A DNA stretch of 64,000 nucleotides, from positions 5,735-69,734 of the forward strand of contig JAUXGA010000014.1 of assembly GCA_030622545.1 (NCBI GenBank), read 5' to 3'. Of this stretch, positions 9,301 through 18,900 are shown one piece after another (positions within the stretch are counted from its first letter, which is position 1; each line of letters begins with the position of its first letter). The stretch is from a bacterium (GTDB taxonomy: Bacteria; Electryoneota; RPQS01; DYHQ01). Made by a program: the position numbers and the translations under genes. The notes beneath the pieces are model-generated. The model did not search any database and was not told the DNA's origin. It saw nothing but the letters and a program-made list of their open reading frames with translations.

Positions 9301-11542
9301 GCACGCCGCAGGCATTCGCGTAACGGACACGCTCTTCTTTCAAGCGCATCCAACCTCAGCGCAAATTCCAGCGCAAGACAGCGTCGAAATCGAATTGACT
9401 TTCATGCCGCGGCGGAATATTTCGTATCTTGACAGCGTCCAAATTTCCTTCGGGGGACTTGATGAGGTGGAAACCGTCATTGTTCAAGGGACAGGAATCT
9501 ATGATTGCCACGTCTTAGATGGAGCTGTCAGCGGCACATTATCTCTTGATTGCAGTCCCTATTATGTCGCAGGTGATGTGACGCTTGGAGAAAACGATAC
9601 GCTTATAATTGAAGCGGGAGTTGAGGTAATTTTTGATTCCTACTCTCAATTCATCGTCAATGGTCTATTACTGGCAATTGGAACCGAGCAGGATTCGATT
9701 AAATTCACCTGCGATACTCTATTCAATCCCGACCATTGGGGTGGAATCCGTTTCATGTCCGCTCATGATTCGTGTCGAATGGAATACTGTGTGATTGAAA
9801 TGGGTAGAGCGGACGGGGATTACCCGGATCATAAAGCTGGTGGCGTCTTTTGCGAGAGTTCCTCGCCTGTCTTTGTTCATTGCTCGATTTATAACAACTG
9901 GGCTGAGAGCGATGGCGGCGGCGTGTATTGCCACAATCAATCTACACCGACTTTCACCCATTGTACTATCAGCGATAACGTGACAGATCGTTATGGTGGT
10001 GGAGTGTATTGTTCCGGTTCTGCGCCAAGTTTTTCAAACTGCACTATCAGTGACAACATAGCAGATGGCAATGGCGGTGCTCTGCATTGTTCTAATGCTT
10101 CGCCGACATTTACGGATTGTATTATCAGCGACAATGCGGCAGGCTTCAATGGTGGTGGGGTTGATCTCTATGGTTCATCGTCTTCACCGAGCTTTACGGG
10201 CTGCACTGTCAGCGGCAACATAGCAAATAACCGCGGCGGAGGATTGCACTGTTCGTATAGCGCTTCGGCAACCCTCGAAAATTGCACCCTTCACGACAAC
10301 ACGACGGATGACGACGGTGGCGGTTTCTATGGCAGTCATTCAACATCCAGCTTCGTCGGCTGTACGATCAATAACAACTCGTCGGGCGACGAAGGCGGTG
10401 GGATCTATGGTACGTATTGTTCACTAGCCTTCACCGAATGCACAATAACTGACAACGCATCCGACGATGATGGCGGGGGAGTATTTATCAGGAGCGATAC
10501 ATCGACAACTTTCATCCATTGCACGATAAGCGGCAACGCATCCGTCGAAGGCGGTGGTGTGTATTGTTTCGATTCTTCACCAACCTTTAACAGCACAATT
10601 GTCACCTTCTCTGACGGTGACGGGATCTTTTTCAATCTTAGTCCGGAATGTGTATTCGAATACTGCGATGTTTATGGCAGCAGTGTAGCAGATATCGGAT
10701 TCGTTGATGATGACCCGTCCCACGGTCCGGCAGGTATTGGCGAGCTCGTGTTGACGAATTTCAACAGCGATTCCTGTGACACCTACTACAACATCTTCCT
10801 AAATCCAATGTTCATTGACACGGCAGCAAGCGACTACAATCTTCTAATAGGCTCACCCTGCATTGACGCAGGAGACCCGGAGTTGCCTTACGATCCGGAC
10901 AGCACAATTACCGACATCGGCGCGTTCTACTTCCACAGCAACGCGCCGTTACCCTTCGACTTGCTTTCACCGGCGAACGGAGACACGGTTGATACGTTGG
11001 CAGTCACAATGGAGTGGGCGGCGAGCAACGACCCCGACCCCGGAGACAGCATCGCTTTTTATCGGGTTTATATCGCGCTTGATTCGACTTTCAGCACAGG
11101 TGTTGACAGTCAGGATGTGAGCGCAACCGAGACCATCTGGGAAGGTCTGGTGGATGGCCAAACATACTGGTGGCGAGTCAAAGCCTTTGATACGCAGGAT
11201 AAGGGTACTTTCTCGAATCAAATTTGGAACTTTACCAGCGTGGCTTCGGCCATATCCAGTGAAGCCGTTCTGCTTCCGACGGAATTCGCCCTTCATCAGA
11301 ACTATCCGAATCCCTTCAATCCGACGACAACGATTCGTTATGATGTGAAACAGTCGGGGCTTGTTTCAGTCAAGATTTTCGATATTCTGGGTCGTGAAGT
11401 CGCCACGCTGGTTTCGGGAACAATTCCGGCCGGTTTTCATACAACGGTTTGGGACGCTTCAAGCTTGCCCTCGGGATTGTATCTATGCCGGATGGAAGCG
11501 CCGGGTTTCGAGCACACCCGGAAATTGGTGTTGTTGAAATAG
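6368..11542 (+). CDS. Giant secreted repeat protein (1724 aa) carrying a T9SS (Por) C-terminal sorting domain
   Basis: Signal peptide MKYLFLILSTLVISVLACAQP and RBS aggagaggtg. N-terminal region (about 6440-7510) holds about 8 tandem ~48-aa repeats 'FGGSxxDxCxSVQQTTDGGYILGGxTxSYGAGxxDFWLVKTDxxG'. Two arrays of ~23-aa 'NCTISDNxAxxxGGGVYCxxSSPTFTxC' right-handed beta-helix-like repeats at about 7800-8850 and 9850-10600. Each array is followed by a conserved ~120-aa module. FN3/Ig-like region 10930-11230. C-terminus 'YPNPFNPTTTIRYDV...KIFDILGREVATLV...SGLYLCRM' is a Por secretion tail. Confidence 0.9.
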   Translation: MKYLFLILSTLVISVLACAQPPDSLWSHTFGGSSYEYCHSVQQTTDGGYILGGHTMSYGAGYSDCWLVKTDTSGTEEWSRTFGGSAYDHCYSVQQTTDGGYILGGSTYSYGAGDRDFWLLKMDANGDTLWTRTFGGSSDDYCHSVQQTTDGGYILGGRTHSYGAGSADFWLVKTDVSGTEEWSNTFGGGGSDWFWSVQQTSDGGYILGGETRSYGAGWDDFWLVKTDSNGDSLWSRTFGGSSYDGCYSIQQATDGGYILGGYTESYGAGHRDFWLVKTDATGTEEWSRTFGGSSHEECQSVQQTSGGGYILGGYTESYGAGSDDFWLVKTDSNGDSLWSRTFGGSGWDNCFSVQQTSGGGYILGGNTSSYGAGTDDFWLVKTGPEVVHDPLSGWLSGTLGPGEYHVVDDIFVDEDSTLTLMPGTTFHFDSAYVFSIYGTLLAVGTETDSIIFTTDTTANPDRWRRLFFDFASSSGSQLAYCLIENAFATGGWGSNGGGVYCNYSSPTFAHCVIRNNEANFGGGVSCYNSSASFTNCTITGNTTGNDGGGMLFNASSSTLSDCIISDNTSGDDGGGVHCYNSSPDFTTCTFSGNTASGDGGGISCQGSSSPTLTNCDISDNSARYDGGGVYCNNSSLNLTDCTIRGNSSDSRSGGGISYQSSFSATLTNCDIRDNSAHHNGGGVSCSYSSPTFATCTIDSNSAGNNGGGLYCSNDSSPTLNNCTISDNTSAGNGGGLNCNSDSSPLVTDCIFRGNRTDWIGGGVYCAGSTAIFTRCTIFGNFSDDDAGGVFVDAASPVFTNCTISNNSAVDLDCGMYCQFSSPTLNSTIIAFSEGYGIWFWNSEESQMKYCDVFGNSDGNIVFGDNDPSNAPPGIGQLVTTNANDDSSDVYFNILLDPMFVDTSVNDYHLLEGSLCIDAGDPTLLPDSDGTVADIGVFYFPQTPPTYTLSPDSLDFGDVLYRTDSTLSFWIHNPTENPLHAAGIRVTDTLFFQAHPTSAQIPAQDSVEIELTFMPRRNISYLDSVQISFGGLDEVETVIVQGTGIYDCHVLDGAVSGTLSLDCSPYYVAGDVTLGENDTLIIEAGVEVIFDSYSQFIVNGLLLAIGTEQDSIKFTCDTLFNPDHWGGIRFMSAHDSCRMEYCVIEMGRADGDYPDHKAGGVFCESSSPVFVHCSIYNNWAESDGGGVYCHNQSTPTFTHCTISDNVTDRYGGGVYCSGSAPSFSNCTISDNIADGNGGALHCSNASPTFTDCIISDNAAGFNGGGVDLYGSSSSPSFTGCTVSGNIANNRGGGLHCSYSASATLENCTLHDNTTDDDGGGFYGSHSTSSFVGCTINNNSSGDEGGGIYGTYCSLAFTECTITDNASDDDGGGVFIRSDTSTTFIHCTISGNASVEGGGVYCFDSSPTFNSTIVTFSDGDGIFFNLSPECVFEYCDVYGSSVADIGFVDDDPSHGPAGIGELVLTNFNSDSCDTYYNIFLNPMFIDTAASDYNLLIGSPCIDAGDPELPYDPDSTITDIGAFYFHSNAPLPFDLLSPANGDTVDTLAVTMEWAASNDPDPGDSIAFYRVYIALDSTFSTGVDSQDVSATETIWEGLVDGQTYWWRVKAFDTQDKGTFSNQIWNFTSVASAISSEAVLLPTEFALHQNYPNPFNPTTTIRYDVKQSGLVSVKIFDILGREVATLVSGTIPAGFHTTVWDASSLPSGLYLCRMEAPGFEHTRKLVLLK

Positions 11543-11687
11543 AATTCCGTAGGGCGTCCCCGCGTGTGCGCCCATGGACAAATACGAGCATCAGCGGTCA
11601 GGCCCATGTGTCTGACCCTACGGCAAAGAATTCCGCGACCGGAGGTCGCGGGTAGTAGTATAGGTATGATAACTGGAGGATAGCCTC

Positions 11688-13010
11688 TTGGAAAACAGGC
11701 CACATACAGTAGCGTTTGACAAAGAAAAATGTGTCGGCTGTGTTGATTGCACGAAGGCGTGTCCAACGCGCGCGATTCGTGTGAAAGATGGCGTGGCCGA
11801 CGCGATATGGGAATTGTGTATTGATTGCGGGGAATGCGTGCGCGTGTGCCGCTACGATGCCGCGATTTCGCTGACCTCAAGCCCGACCGAGCTGGAGAAA
11901 TTTAAATACAAGATTGCGATGCCTTCGCCGGTGCTCTACGGCCAGTTCGGGCGACATGTTCATCCCGACAAAGTCTTGCAGGCGCTGAAACGAATCGGTT
12001 TCGATGACGTCTATGAAGAAACCTGGATGTGCGAGATGGTCAGCGCGGCGATTGACACCTATCTGACGGAATGCAAAGGCCCTTGGCCGCGCATCTCGAC
12101 GAGTTGCCCGGCGGTCATGCGCCTGATCGCCATTCGCTATCCCGATTTAGTGGAGCACCTCATCCCGATTCTCGCCCCACGGGAGCTGGCGGCGCGGGAC
12201 TTGAAGCGTAAGAAGGCCGCCGAGCTGGATATACCTGAAGAGGACATCGGAATTTTTCATATTACTCCTTGCAGCGCTAAAGCCGAAGCCATCAACGACC
12301 CCCTCGAAGTAACTTACTCCCATTTGAATGGTGCGATTTCCATCCGGGAAATCTTTGGGCCGATTTCCAAGGCTCTGAAGGGAATCGATAAAGTGGATAT
12401 TACCTACAGCTACAGCCCGATTGGGATGAGTTGGGCGATGGCGGGAGGCGAAATCACCGGCATGCGCAATCAGAACGTCCTGGCGGTTCACGGAGCTCCG
12501 CAAACGCTGGAGGTTTTGGACCGCATTGATTCCCGCCAGTTCCGCAACGTGGATTTTCTTGAAATCATGCTGTGTCCGGATGGATGTATCAGCGGACCAC
12601 TCACGGTCGCCGGGCGCTACGAAGCCCAGCATACCATGACGCTTCATATTCAGAATGTGGCGTCTCAGAGCCGTGTCAAAGAAGAGAAAGTGCGAAATCT
12701 CTTTCAGGAACATTATTTCGCGTTTGAACGCGAAATCAAGACGCGGCCGGTTCAGCCTCTCGCGCCCACTTTGAAAGAAGGAGCGGCGAAAGCAAAAGAG
12801 AAGCTCGCTATCCTGGAGCGCCTGCCAAAAAAAGATTGCGCCGCGTGTGGTGCACCCGACTGCAAAACGTTTGCCGATGATGTCGTCCGGGGACATGCAC
12901 AGATTTCCGAATGCGTCTTCGTAAAGATTGAAGAGCTTAAAAAGGAAAAGAAGACGCCGAAACCGCGAGCGACTCAGGCTAAATCCTCAGCCAAAGCAGA
13001 AAAAAACTGA
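11688..13010 (+). CDS. [FeFe]-hydrogenase-family protein with variant H-cluster motifs. N-terminal 2x[4Fe-4S] ferredoxin domain and C-terminal CxxCGxxDC Fe-S motif.
   Basis: TTG start after RBS ggagga. 'CVGCVDCTKACP' and 'CIDCGECVRVC' ferredoxin motifs. Hydrogenase large-subunit-like core with motif L1 'TSCPAV' (one Cys where TSCCP is expected), L2 'TPCSAKAE' and L3 'EIMLCPDGCISGP'. C-terminal 'CAACGAPDC'. Confidence 0.7.
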   Translation: MENRPHTVAFDKEKCVGCVDCTKACPTRAIRVKDGVADAIWELCIDCGECVRVCRYDAAISLTSSPTELEKFKYKIAMPSPVLYGQFGRHVHPDKVLQALKRIGFDDVYEETWMCEMVSAAIDTYLTECKGPWPRISTSCPAVMRLIAIRYPDLVEHLIPILAPRELAARDLKRKKAAELDIPEEDIGIFHITPCSAKAEAINDPLEVTYSHLNGAISIREIFGPISKALKGIDKVDITYSYSPIGMSWAMAGGEITGMRNQNVLAVHGAPQTLEVLDRIDSRQFRNVDFLEIMLCPDGCISGPLTVAGRYEAQHTMTLHIQNVASQSRVKEEKVRNLFQEHYFAFEREIKTRPVQPLAPTLKEGAAKAKEKLAILERLPKKDCAACGAPDCKTFADDVVRGHAQISECVFVKIEELKKEKKTPKPRATQAKSSAKAEKN

Positions 13011-13052
13011 TCATGCTGCTTCTCGAAAATGTGGAGTTTTCTTGTAAAGGAA

Positions 13053-13120
13053 AGGCAGGCAGAGCCAGCCTTTAGGATTTCTATTTCATAACACTCGCCT
13101 ACGGGCTGGCTCTGCCTGCC
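13053..13120 (+). promoter_or_regulatory. Perfect 17-bp inverted repeat (aggcaggcagagccagcc ... ggctggctctgcctgcc) with 33-nt loop, immediately 3' of the hydrogenase-like gene
   Basis: Arms 13053-13070 and 13104-13120 are exact reverse complements. No U-run follows, so this is not a canonical intrinsic terminator. Confidence 0.5.
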
Positions 13121-13215
13121 CGACATCGGATAGCTACTCGTAGTAACAATATACGACCCATACACATCCATAATCTGATTTCGAAATACACCACTCGAAT
13201 AAGGAGCGACAACTC

Positions 13216-13617
13216 ATGAGCAAGTCACTATTACTAATGGAGGTCTCTTGCCCGAAATGCGGAGCGGATCTCACGGAAGGCGAATACATTCCGCTCGACG
13301 GAGTACTGGCCGACGGCACCGGGCATAGCGTCGTCAAATTGAGCGCCTATTTTGGAGACTATAATCTCGAAACAGACCTTAAAATCCCCGACGGCTCCAT
13401 CATGAACTTCTCCTGCCCGAAATGCGAGGAAAGCCTTACGATTTCTTCGACATGCGGCGCCTGCCAAGCACCTTTAGCATCTCTCGATCTCAAAAAAGGA
13501 GGGCATGTCGATTTCTGTACACGCCGGGGATGCCGAGGACATGCCTTGGGCGGGTTCGGAGATGTGAACCAGATGATCGAACTGATAAACCGAATCACCG
13601 ATACGCCGAATTACTAA
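13216..13617 (+). CDS. Cys-rich zinc-ribbon protein (hypothetical)
   Basis: 133 aa. Motifs CPKCG, CPKCEE, CGAC and CTRRGC suggest two zinc ribbons. RBS aaggag. Embedded in the redox cluster. Confidence 0.55.
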   Translation: MSKSLLLMEVSCPKCGADLTEGEYIPLDGVLADGTGHSVVKLSAYFGDYNLETDLKIPDGSIMNFSCPKCEESLTISSTCGACQAPLASLDLKKGGHVDFCTRRGCRGHALGGFGDVNQMIELINRITDTPNY

Positions 13618-13653
13618 GAAGCGCAGCTCTTCTATCAGGAGAATTAAAAGGAA

Positions 13654-14121
13654 ATGGAAGAAAGAAAATTCAACTTCCGCCGAATGCACTTCGAGGGAGC
13701 GGAAGGAGTACTCATCCCTCGACTTCAAGAGGCTCAGGCGCGAGACGGGTTTATCGCACCGAAGGCGATTGAAGCCATCACCGAAGAAACCGGTATTCCC
13801 CCAAGTGAAATCTACGGTGTCGCCACGTTCTACGCCCAGTTCCGGTTCAAACCCGTCGGCAAATACATCATTCGTGTCTGCCACGGAACCGCCTGCCATG
13901 TGGCCAATGCTGAAGCCATCACTGACGCGGTCAGCGACACCTTGAATGTCGCCAACGGTGAAACAACGCCGGACAAGCTGTTCACGCTCGAAACTGTCTC
14001 GTGTATCGGCTGCTGTTCGCTCGCGCCGGTCATTATGATCAATGACCAAACGTACGGAAACCTCACCACCACGAGTGTCAAACGAATCCTGAAGCGCTAT
14101 ATGAAGGAGAACGGAAAATGA
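13654..14121 (+). CDS. NuoE-like [2Fe-2S] thioredoxin-like ferredoxin subunit (HydC/HndA-type)
   Basis: 'VCHGTACH...CIGCCSLAPV' four-Cys motif typical of the NADH dehydrogenase 24-kDa subunit family. Confidence 0.85.
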   Translation: MEERKFNFRRMHFEGAEGVLIPRLQEAQARDGFIAPKAIEAITEETGIPPSEIYGVATFYAQFRFKPVGKYIIRVCHGTACHVANAEAITDAVSDTLNVANGETTPDKLFTLETVSCIGCCSLAPVIMINDQTYGNLTTTSVKRILKRYMKENGK

Positions 14122-15887
14122 CCAAAGCCATCGTAGGTCTGGGAACCTGCGGGATTGCCGCGGGCGCCGAAGCCGTCCTCAAATCGCTGAAGGAAAAAGT
14201 GGAGCAGATGAAGCTCGACCTCCCGATTTCCATCACCGGCTGTATCGGTATGTGCTATCGGGAGCCGCTGGTAGAATTTCGCACCGACACAGGAGAGCGC
14301 TATATTTACGGCCCGGTCACCGAAAAGAAAATCGATAGATTGCTTACCCAGCACATTGTGGAAGGGAAACCTGTCGAAGAATGGCTAGTCTGGACGAACA
14401 ACGGCCTCGGCTCGGAAAAGCAATTCCTCAAACATCAAGTGCGAATCGTCCTTCGCAATTGCGGCCTCATCAATCCGGAATCGATTGATGACTACATCGC
14501 TCAGGACGGCTACAAAGGACTGGAAAAATCCTTAAAAGAACTCTCGCCGGAAGCCGTCATAAATCTCATGATTGAATCGGGACTGCGAGGTCGCGGGGGA
14601 GCCGGCTTTCCGACCGGCATGAAATGGCGATTCACACGTATGTCTGAGGGTGACCGCAAATTCGTCATCTGCAACGCCGATGAAGGCGACCCCGGAGCGT
14701 TCATGGATCGCAGCGTCTTGGAAGGAGACCCCCATTCTGTGCTTGAAGGCATGCTCATCGCCAGCTACGCCATCGGAGCACACGAAGGGTATATCTATGT
14801 GCGCGCGGAATATCCGAAAGCCATCGAACGACTTCGCATCGCCATCGGTCAAGCTGAAGAAAGAAGCTTTTTAGGTGAGAAAATCCTCGGAACGGATTTC
14901 CATTTCAAAGTCAAAATCAAAGAAGGGGCGGGCGCGTTTGTCTGCGGAGAAGAAACCGCGCTTATGAGGTCTATTGAAGGCCAGCGAGGGATGCCGCGAA
15001 TTCGTCCTCCGTTTCCCGCTGTCAAAGGACTCTGGGATTGCCCGACCAATATCAATAATGTCGAAACATTCGCCAATGTCCCGTGGATTGTGCAAAACGG
15101 TGCAGCGGCTTACAATGAATACGGCACCGACCGTTCCAAAGGCACAAAAGTCTTCGCGCTCGCGGGCAAAATCAAACGCGGCGGCATGGTGGAAGTTCCG
15201 ATGGGCGTCACGATTCGCGATATCGTTTATGACATCTGCGATGGCATCAAAGACGACCGCACGTTTAAAGCGGTGCAGATTGGAGGCCCTTCCGGCGGCT
15301 GCATTCCTGCCCAGCTTCAAGACACCATCATCGATTACGATTCGATCAGCCGCACTGGCGCGATTATGGGTTCGGGCGGTATGGTGGTCATGGATGAAAC
15401 AACCTGCATGGTAGATATCGCCAGATTCTTCCTGGATTTTACCCAGCGCGAATCCTGCGGCAAATGCACCTTCTGCCGAATCGGAACCAAGCGCATGCTC
15501 GAAATTTTAACCCGCATCACCGAAGGCAACGGCAAACCCAGTGATTTAGACACGCTGGAGGATTTATCGCATAAAATCAAAGACAATTCACTTTGCGGTC
15601 TCGGTCAAACCGCTCCGAATCCCGTCCTCACAACGCTCAAATATTTCCGCGGCGAATATGAAGCGCATATCCTGAGTAAAAAATGCCCCGCCCACCAATG
15701 CAAAGCGCTGATTACCTATACGATTCTTGAAGGCCCGTGCGACGGCTGTACGGCCTGCGCGAAGATTTGTCCAGTGAACTGCATTAGCGGCGTCAAAGGA
15801 GAACTGCACGTGATCAATCAGGATATGTGCACGAAATGCGGCGAATGCTTCCGCGTTTGTCCCCGCGATGCGATTTTGTTAGATTAA
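14118..15887 (+). CDS. NuoF-like flavoprotein subunit (FMN/NAD(H)-binding; HydB/HndC-type) with N-terminal 2Fe-2S and C-terminal 2x[4Fe-4S] domains
   Basis: ATGA overlap with upstream gene. 'GRGGAGFPTGMKW' FMN site. 'ESCGKCTFCR' 4Fe-4S. C-terminal 'CDGCTACAKICP...CTKCGECFRVCP' ferredoxin motifs. Confidence 0.85.
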   Translation: MTKAIVGLGTCGIAAGAEAVLKSLKEKVEQMKLDLPISITGCIGMCYREPLVEFRTDTGERYIYGPVTEKKIDRLLTQHIVEGKPVEEWLVWTNNGLGSEKQFLKHQVRIVLRNCGLINPESIDDYIAQDGYKGLEKSLKELSPEAVINLMIESGLRGRGGAGFPTGMKWRFTRMSEGDRKFVICNADEGDPGAFMDRSVLEGDPHSVLEGMLIASYAIGAHEGYIYVRAEYPKAIERLRIAIGQAEERSFLGEKILGTDFHFKVKIKEGAGAFVCGEETALMRSIEGQRGMPRIRPPFPAVKGLWDCPTNINNVETFANVPWIVQNGAAAYNEYGTDRSKGTKVFALAGKIKRGGMVEVPMGVTIRDIVYDICDGIKDDRTFKAVQIGGPSGGCIPAQLQDTIIDYDSISRTGAIMGSGGMVVMDETTCMVDIARFFLDFTQRESCGKCTFCRIGTKRMLEILTRITEGNGKPSDLDTLEDLSHKIKDNSLCGLGQTAPNPVLTTLKYFRGEYEAHILSKKCPAHQCKALITYTILEGPCDGCTACAKICPVNCISGVKGELHVINQDMCTKCGECFRVCPRDAILLD

Positions 15888-15938
15888 ACTTTGGGGCAAC
15901 AAGCTCCTTCGTAAATTCTTGGAAAGGATAAAAAGCAA

Positions 15939-18900
15939 ATGCCTTTGGTTAAGGTTGAAATAGACGGAAAGCGAATGCTGGTAGAAGCCGGCTCGACGAT
16001 TCTCGATGTAGCGCGTCAGGCGGGTATTAAAATCCCCACCCTCTGCCACGACGACCAGCTCGAACCCTTTTCTTCCTGCTTCCTGTGCGTCGTCAAGGTC
16101 AAAAATAAGCGCGGCCATGTCCCCGCATGTTCGACGAAAGTCACCGACCGCATGGTCATCGAAACGAACACGCCGGAAATCCGCGAAGCCCGCAGAACCG
16201 CGCTGGAGCTTCTGCTGTCCAATCACTATGCTGATTGCGTAGCTCCTTGCCAGCTTGCCTGCCCGGCAGGAGTGGACGTTCAGGGCTATATCGCGCTGAT
16301 GGCTTTGGGCAAATGGAGTGAAGCGGTTGCACTGATTAAGGAAACCAATCCGCTTCCGGCGATTTGCGGCCGAGTCTGCACGCGCCCCTGCGAAGTCGCG
16401 TGCCGACGGACGATTCTCGATAAAGCCGTGGGTATCGATTACCTCAAACGCTACGCCTCCGATATGGATTTGGAAGGCCGACAGCACTTTATGCCCGATG
16501 TCGCACCTCCCAATGGCAAGAGAGTCGCCGTGATTGGAGCGGGACCTGCCGGTCTTTCGGCGTCGTATTTCCTCGCGCAGAAAGGTTATCAGGTGACGAT
16601 GTTCGAGGCGATGCCTCAAGCGGGAGGGATGCTGCGCTATGGAATTCCTGATTACCGTTTACCCTCCGATATCCTGGATGAAGAAATCAATACGATTCTT
16701 GAGCTCGGCGTGGATTTGCGAACCAATATCTTTTTGGGGGAAGATTTCACAATCCGCAGCCTTAAAGAAGAAGGCTTCGACGCGGTCTTCATGGGTTTGG
16801 GCGCGTGGAAAAGCAGCCGTCTTGGTCTCGCAGGCGAAGATATGGAGGGCGTCCTCTCCGGTATCGATTTCCTAAAAGATTTAGGCCTTCGCAAGCGCAT
16901 CCGGCTCCACGGTAAAGTCGCCGTGCTCGGCGGAGGAAACACCGCTCTCGACTGCGCGCGCTCCGCGATACGCCTCGGCGCCGACGACGTCCGCATCTAT
17001 TACCGTCGGACTCGCAAGGAAATGCCGGCTCACGAAATGGAAATTCACGAGGCGGAAATAGAAGGTGTCAAACTTGAGCTCTTAGTTGCTCCGACTCAGC
17101 TTCTTTCCAAAAACGGCCGAGCCGTGGGCATGGAATGTATCCGAATGGAACTCGGTGAACCGGATTCCAGCGGTCGCCGCCGACCGATTCCGAAACAAGG
17201 CACCGAGTTCAAAATGGACTGCGATTTCATTTTCGCCGCCATCGGCCAATCCACCAAAGTGGATGAATTGCTCGGCGGACGCATCCCGGATTTCCTACCT
17301 CCGGGAGAAGTCATCGAGTTGACGCGTTGGAAAACGATTCAAGTAGATGAACCAACGGGCGAAACGGATGTGGAAGGCGTTTTCGCGGGCGGCGATGTCG
17401 TAACCGGCGCGGCGACGGTTATCGAGGCAGTTGCCGCAGGGCGCAAAGCCGCTTACGCAATTGACAACTATCTGATGAAAGACAAAGCGATTCCGGAACC
17501 GACGACGTTTGACAGCCGTAAAGACGATTACGGTGAGATCACGAAAACCGACCTGCGCTATTTGGAAGAAATCCCGCGCCGGAAAATGCCCGCCATCAGC
17601 CCCGATGAACGCGAAAATAATTTTACTGAAGTAGAATTAGGTTTTGAAGCTGAAGATGTGCGCCGGGAAGTTCATCGCTGTCTGGAATGCGGCTGCTCGG
17701 CGGCTTTCACCTGCGATTTGCGCGCCTACGCCAACGAATATCATGTGGATATTCGCAACTTCCGCGGCGAAGGGAAAAAATATGAACTGGATCGTACGCA
17801 TCCCTTGATTGAGCTTGATCCCAATAAATGTATTCTCTGCGGACGATGTGTGCGTATGTGCACCGAGGTTCTCGGCATCGCGGCGCTTGGATTTATTAAT
17901 CGAGGTTTCGATACCATCGTCCGGCCAGCCATGGGGAACTCTCTGCTTGACACCGACTGCATTTCCTGCGGGCTTTGCGTAGCGACCTGCCCGACCGCCG
18001 CCATCGCCGCCAAACTTCCGCTGGCGAAGCCGGGCCCTTGGGAAACCCGGATAACTCCAACCGTCTGCAACTATTGCGGTGTGGGCTGTCGGCTGGAACT
18101 CCACACGCGCGGTAATATCCTCATTAAAGTCGATAGAGGCTGCGACAATCGGCTCACCTACGGTAATCATTGCATCAAAGGGCGATTCGGCTACGAATTC
18201 ATTCTTTCCGATAATCGCATGTTAAAACCAATGGTCAGGGCAGGACGAAACCTGCAGGAAACCACTTGGGACGACGCCCTCAGCCATATCGCGCTGCGCT
18301 TGAAAGAAATGGCTCGCAACTATTCGCCGGATGAAATCGCTGTCTTCGTCTCGCCGCGATTGACGAACGAGGAAATCTATTTGACACAGAAATTCGCACG
18401 GATTGCGCTGGGCACGCACAACGTGACGAGCTTTTCGCTTCTGGTAAACAGGCAAGTTTTCGACCCGTCGATTGTTTCCACAGCGACCTATCCGGATGTG
18501 GCTTCAGCCGACGTGGTACTCTTGGTGAATTCAGTCCTTGATCAAGAGCATCTGGTCGCTGACCTTCTCGTCAAACGCGCTATTCGAGCCGGCGGCAATC
18601 TCATCTATATCTCTTCTGAACAAACCGGTTCGGCAAAATTCTCTGAAGTCTTCCTGAAGTGCCGCCCCGGAACCGAAACCATCGTGATCTCAGGCCTCAT
18701 GCAATTGCTGATTGATGGCGCGGGCGTTGATTTGTCGGAACTGGAAGAAATCGACAACTTCAGAAATCTGGCCGGGAAACTTGAAGAATTTACGCCGGAG
18801 ACAGTTCAGGAACTAACCGGTGTTCCTGCTGAAGCGCTACAACGCGCGGCAGCTATCATCGCCGCGGCATCCCGGCGGGTGTTGATTTTCAATCGCGATT

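Noticed and set aside
12147-12896. 249-aa minus-strand ORF inside the hydrogenase-like gene
   Set aside because: It is fully embedded antisense to a gene that has clear Fe-S and H-domain motifs, and it has no recognisable motifs of its own.
15879-16619. 246-aa minus-strand ORF overlapping the start of the NuoG-like::GltD gene
   Set aside because: Antisense shadow of a strongly supported coding region (2Fe-2S and 4Fe-4S motifs on the plus strand).
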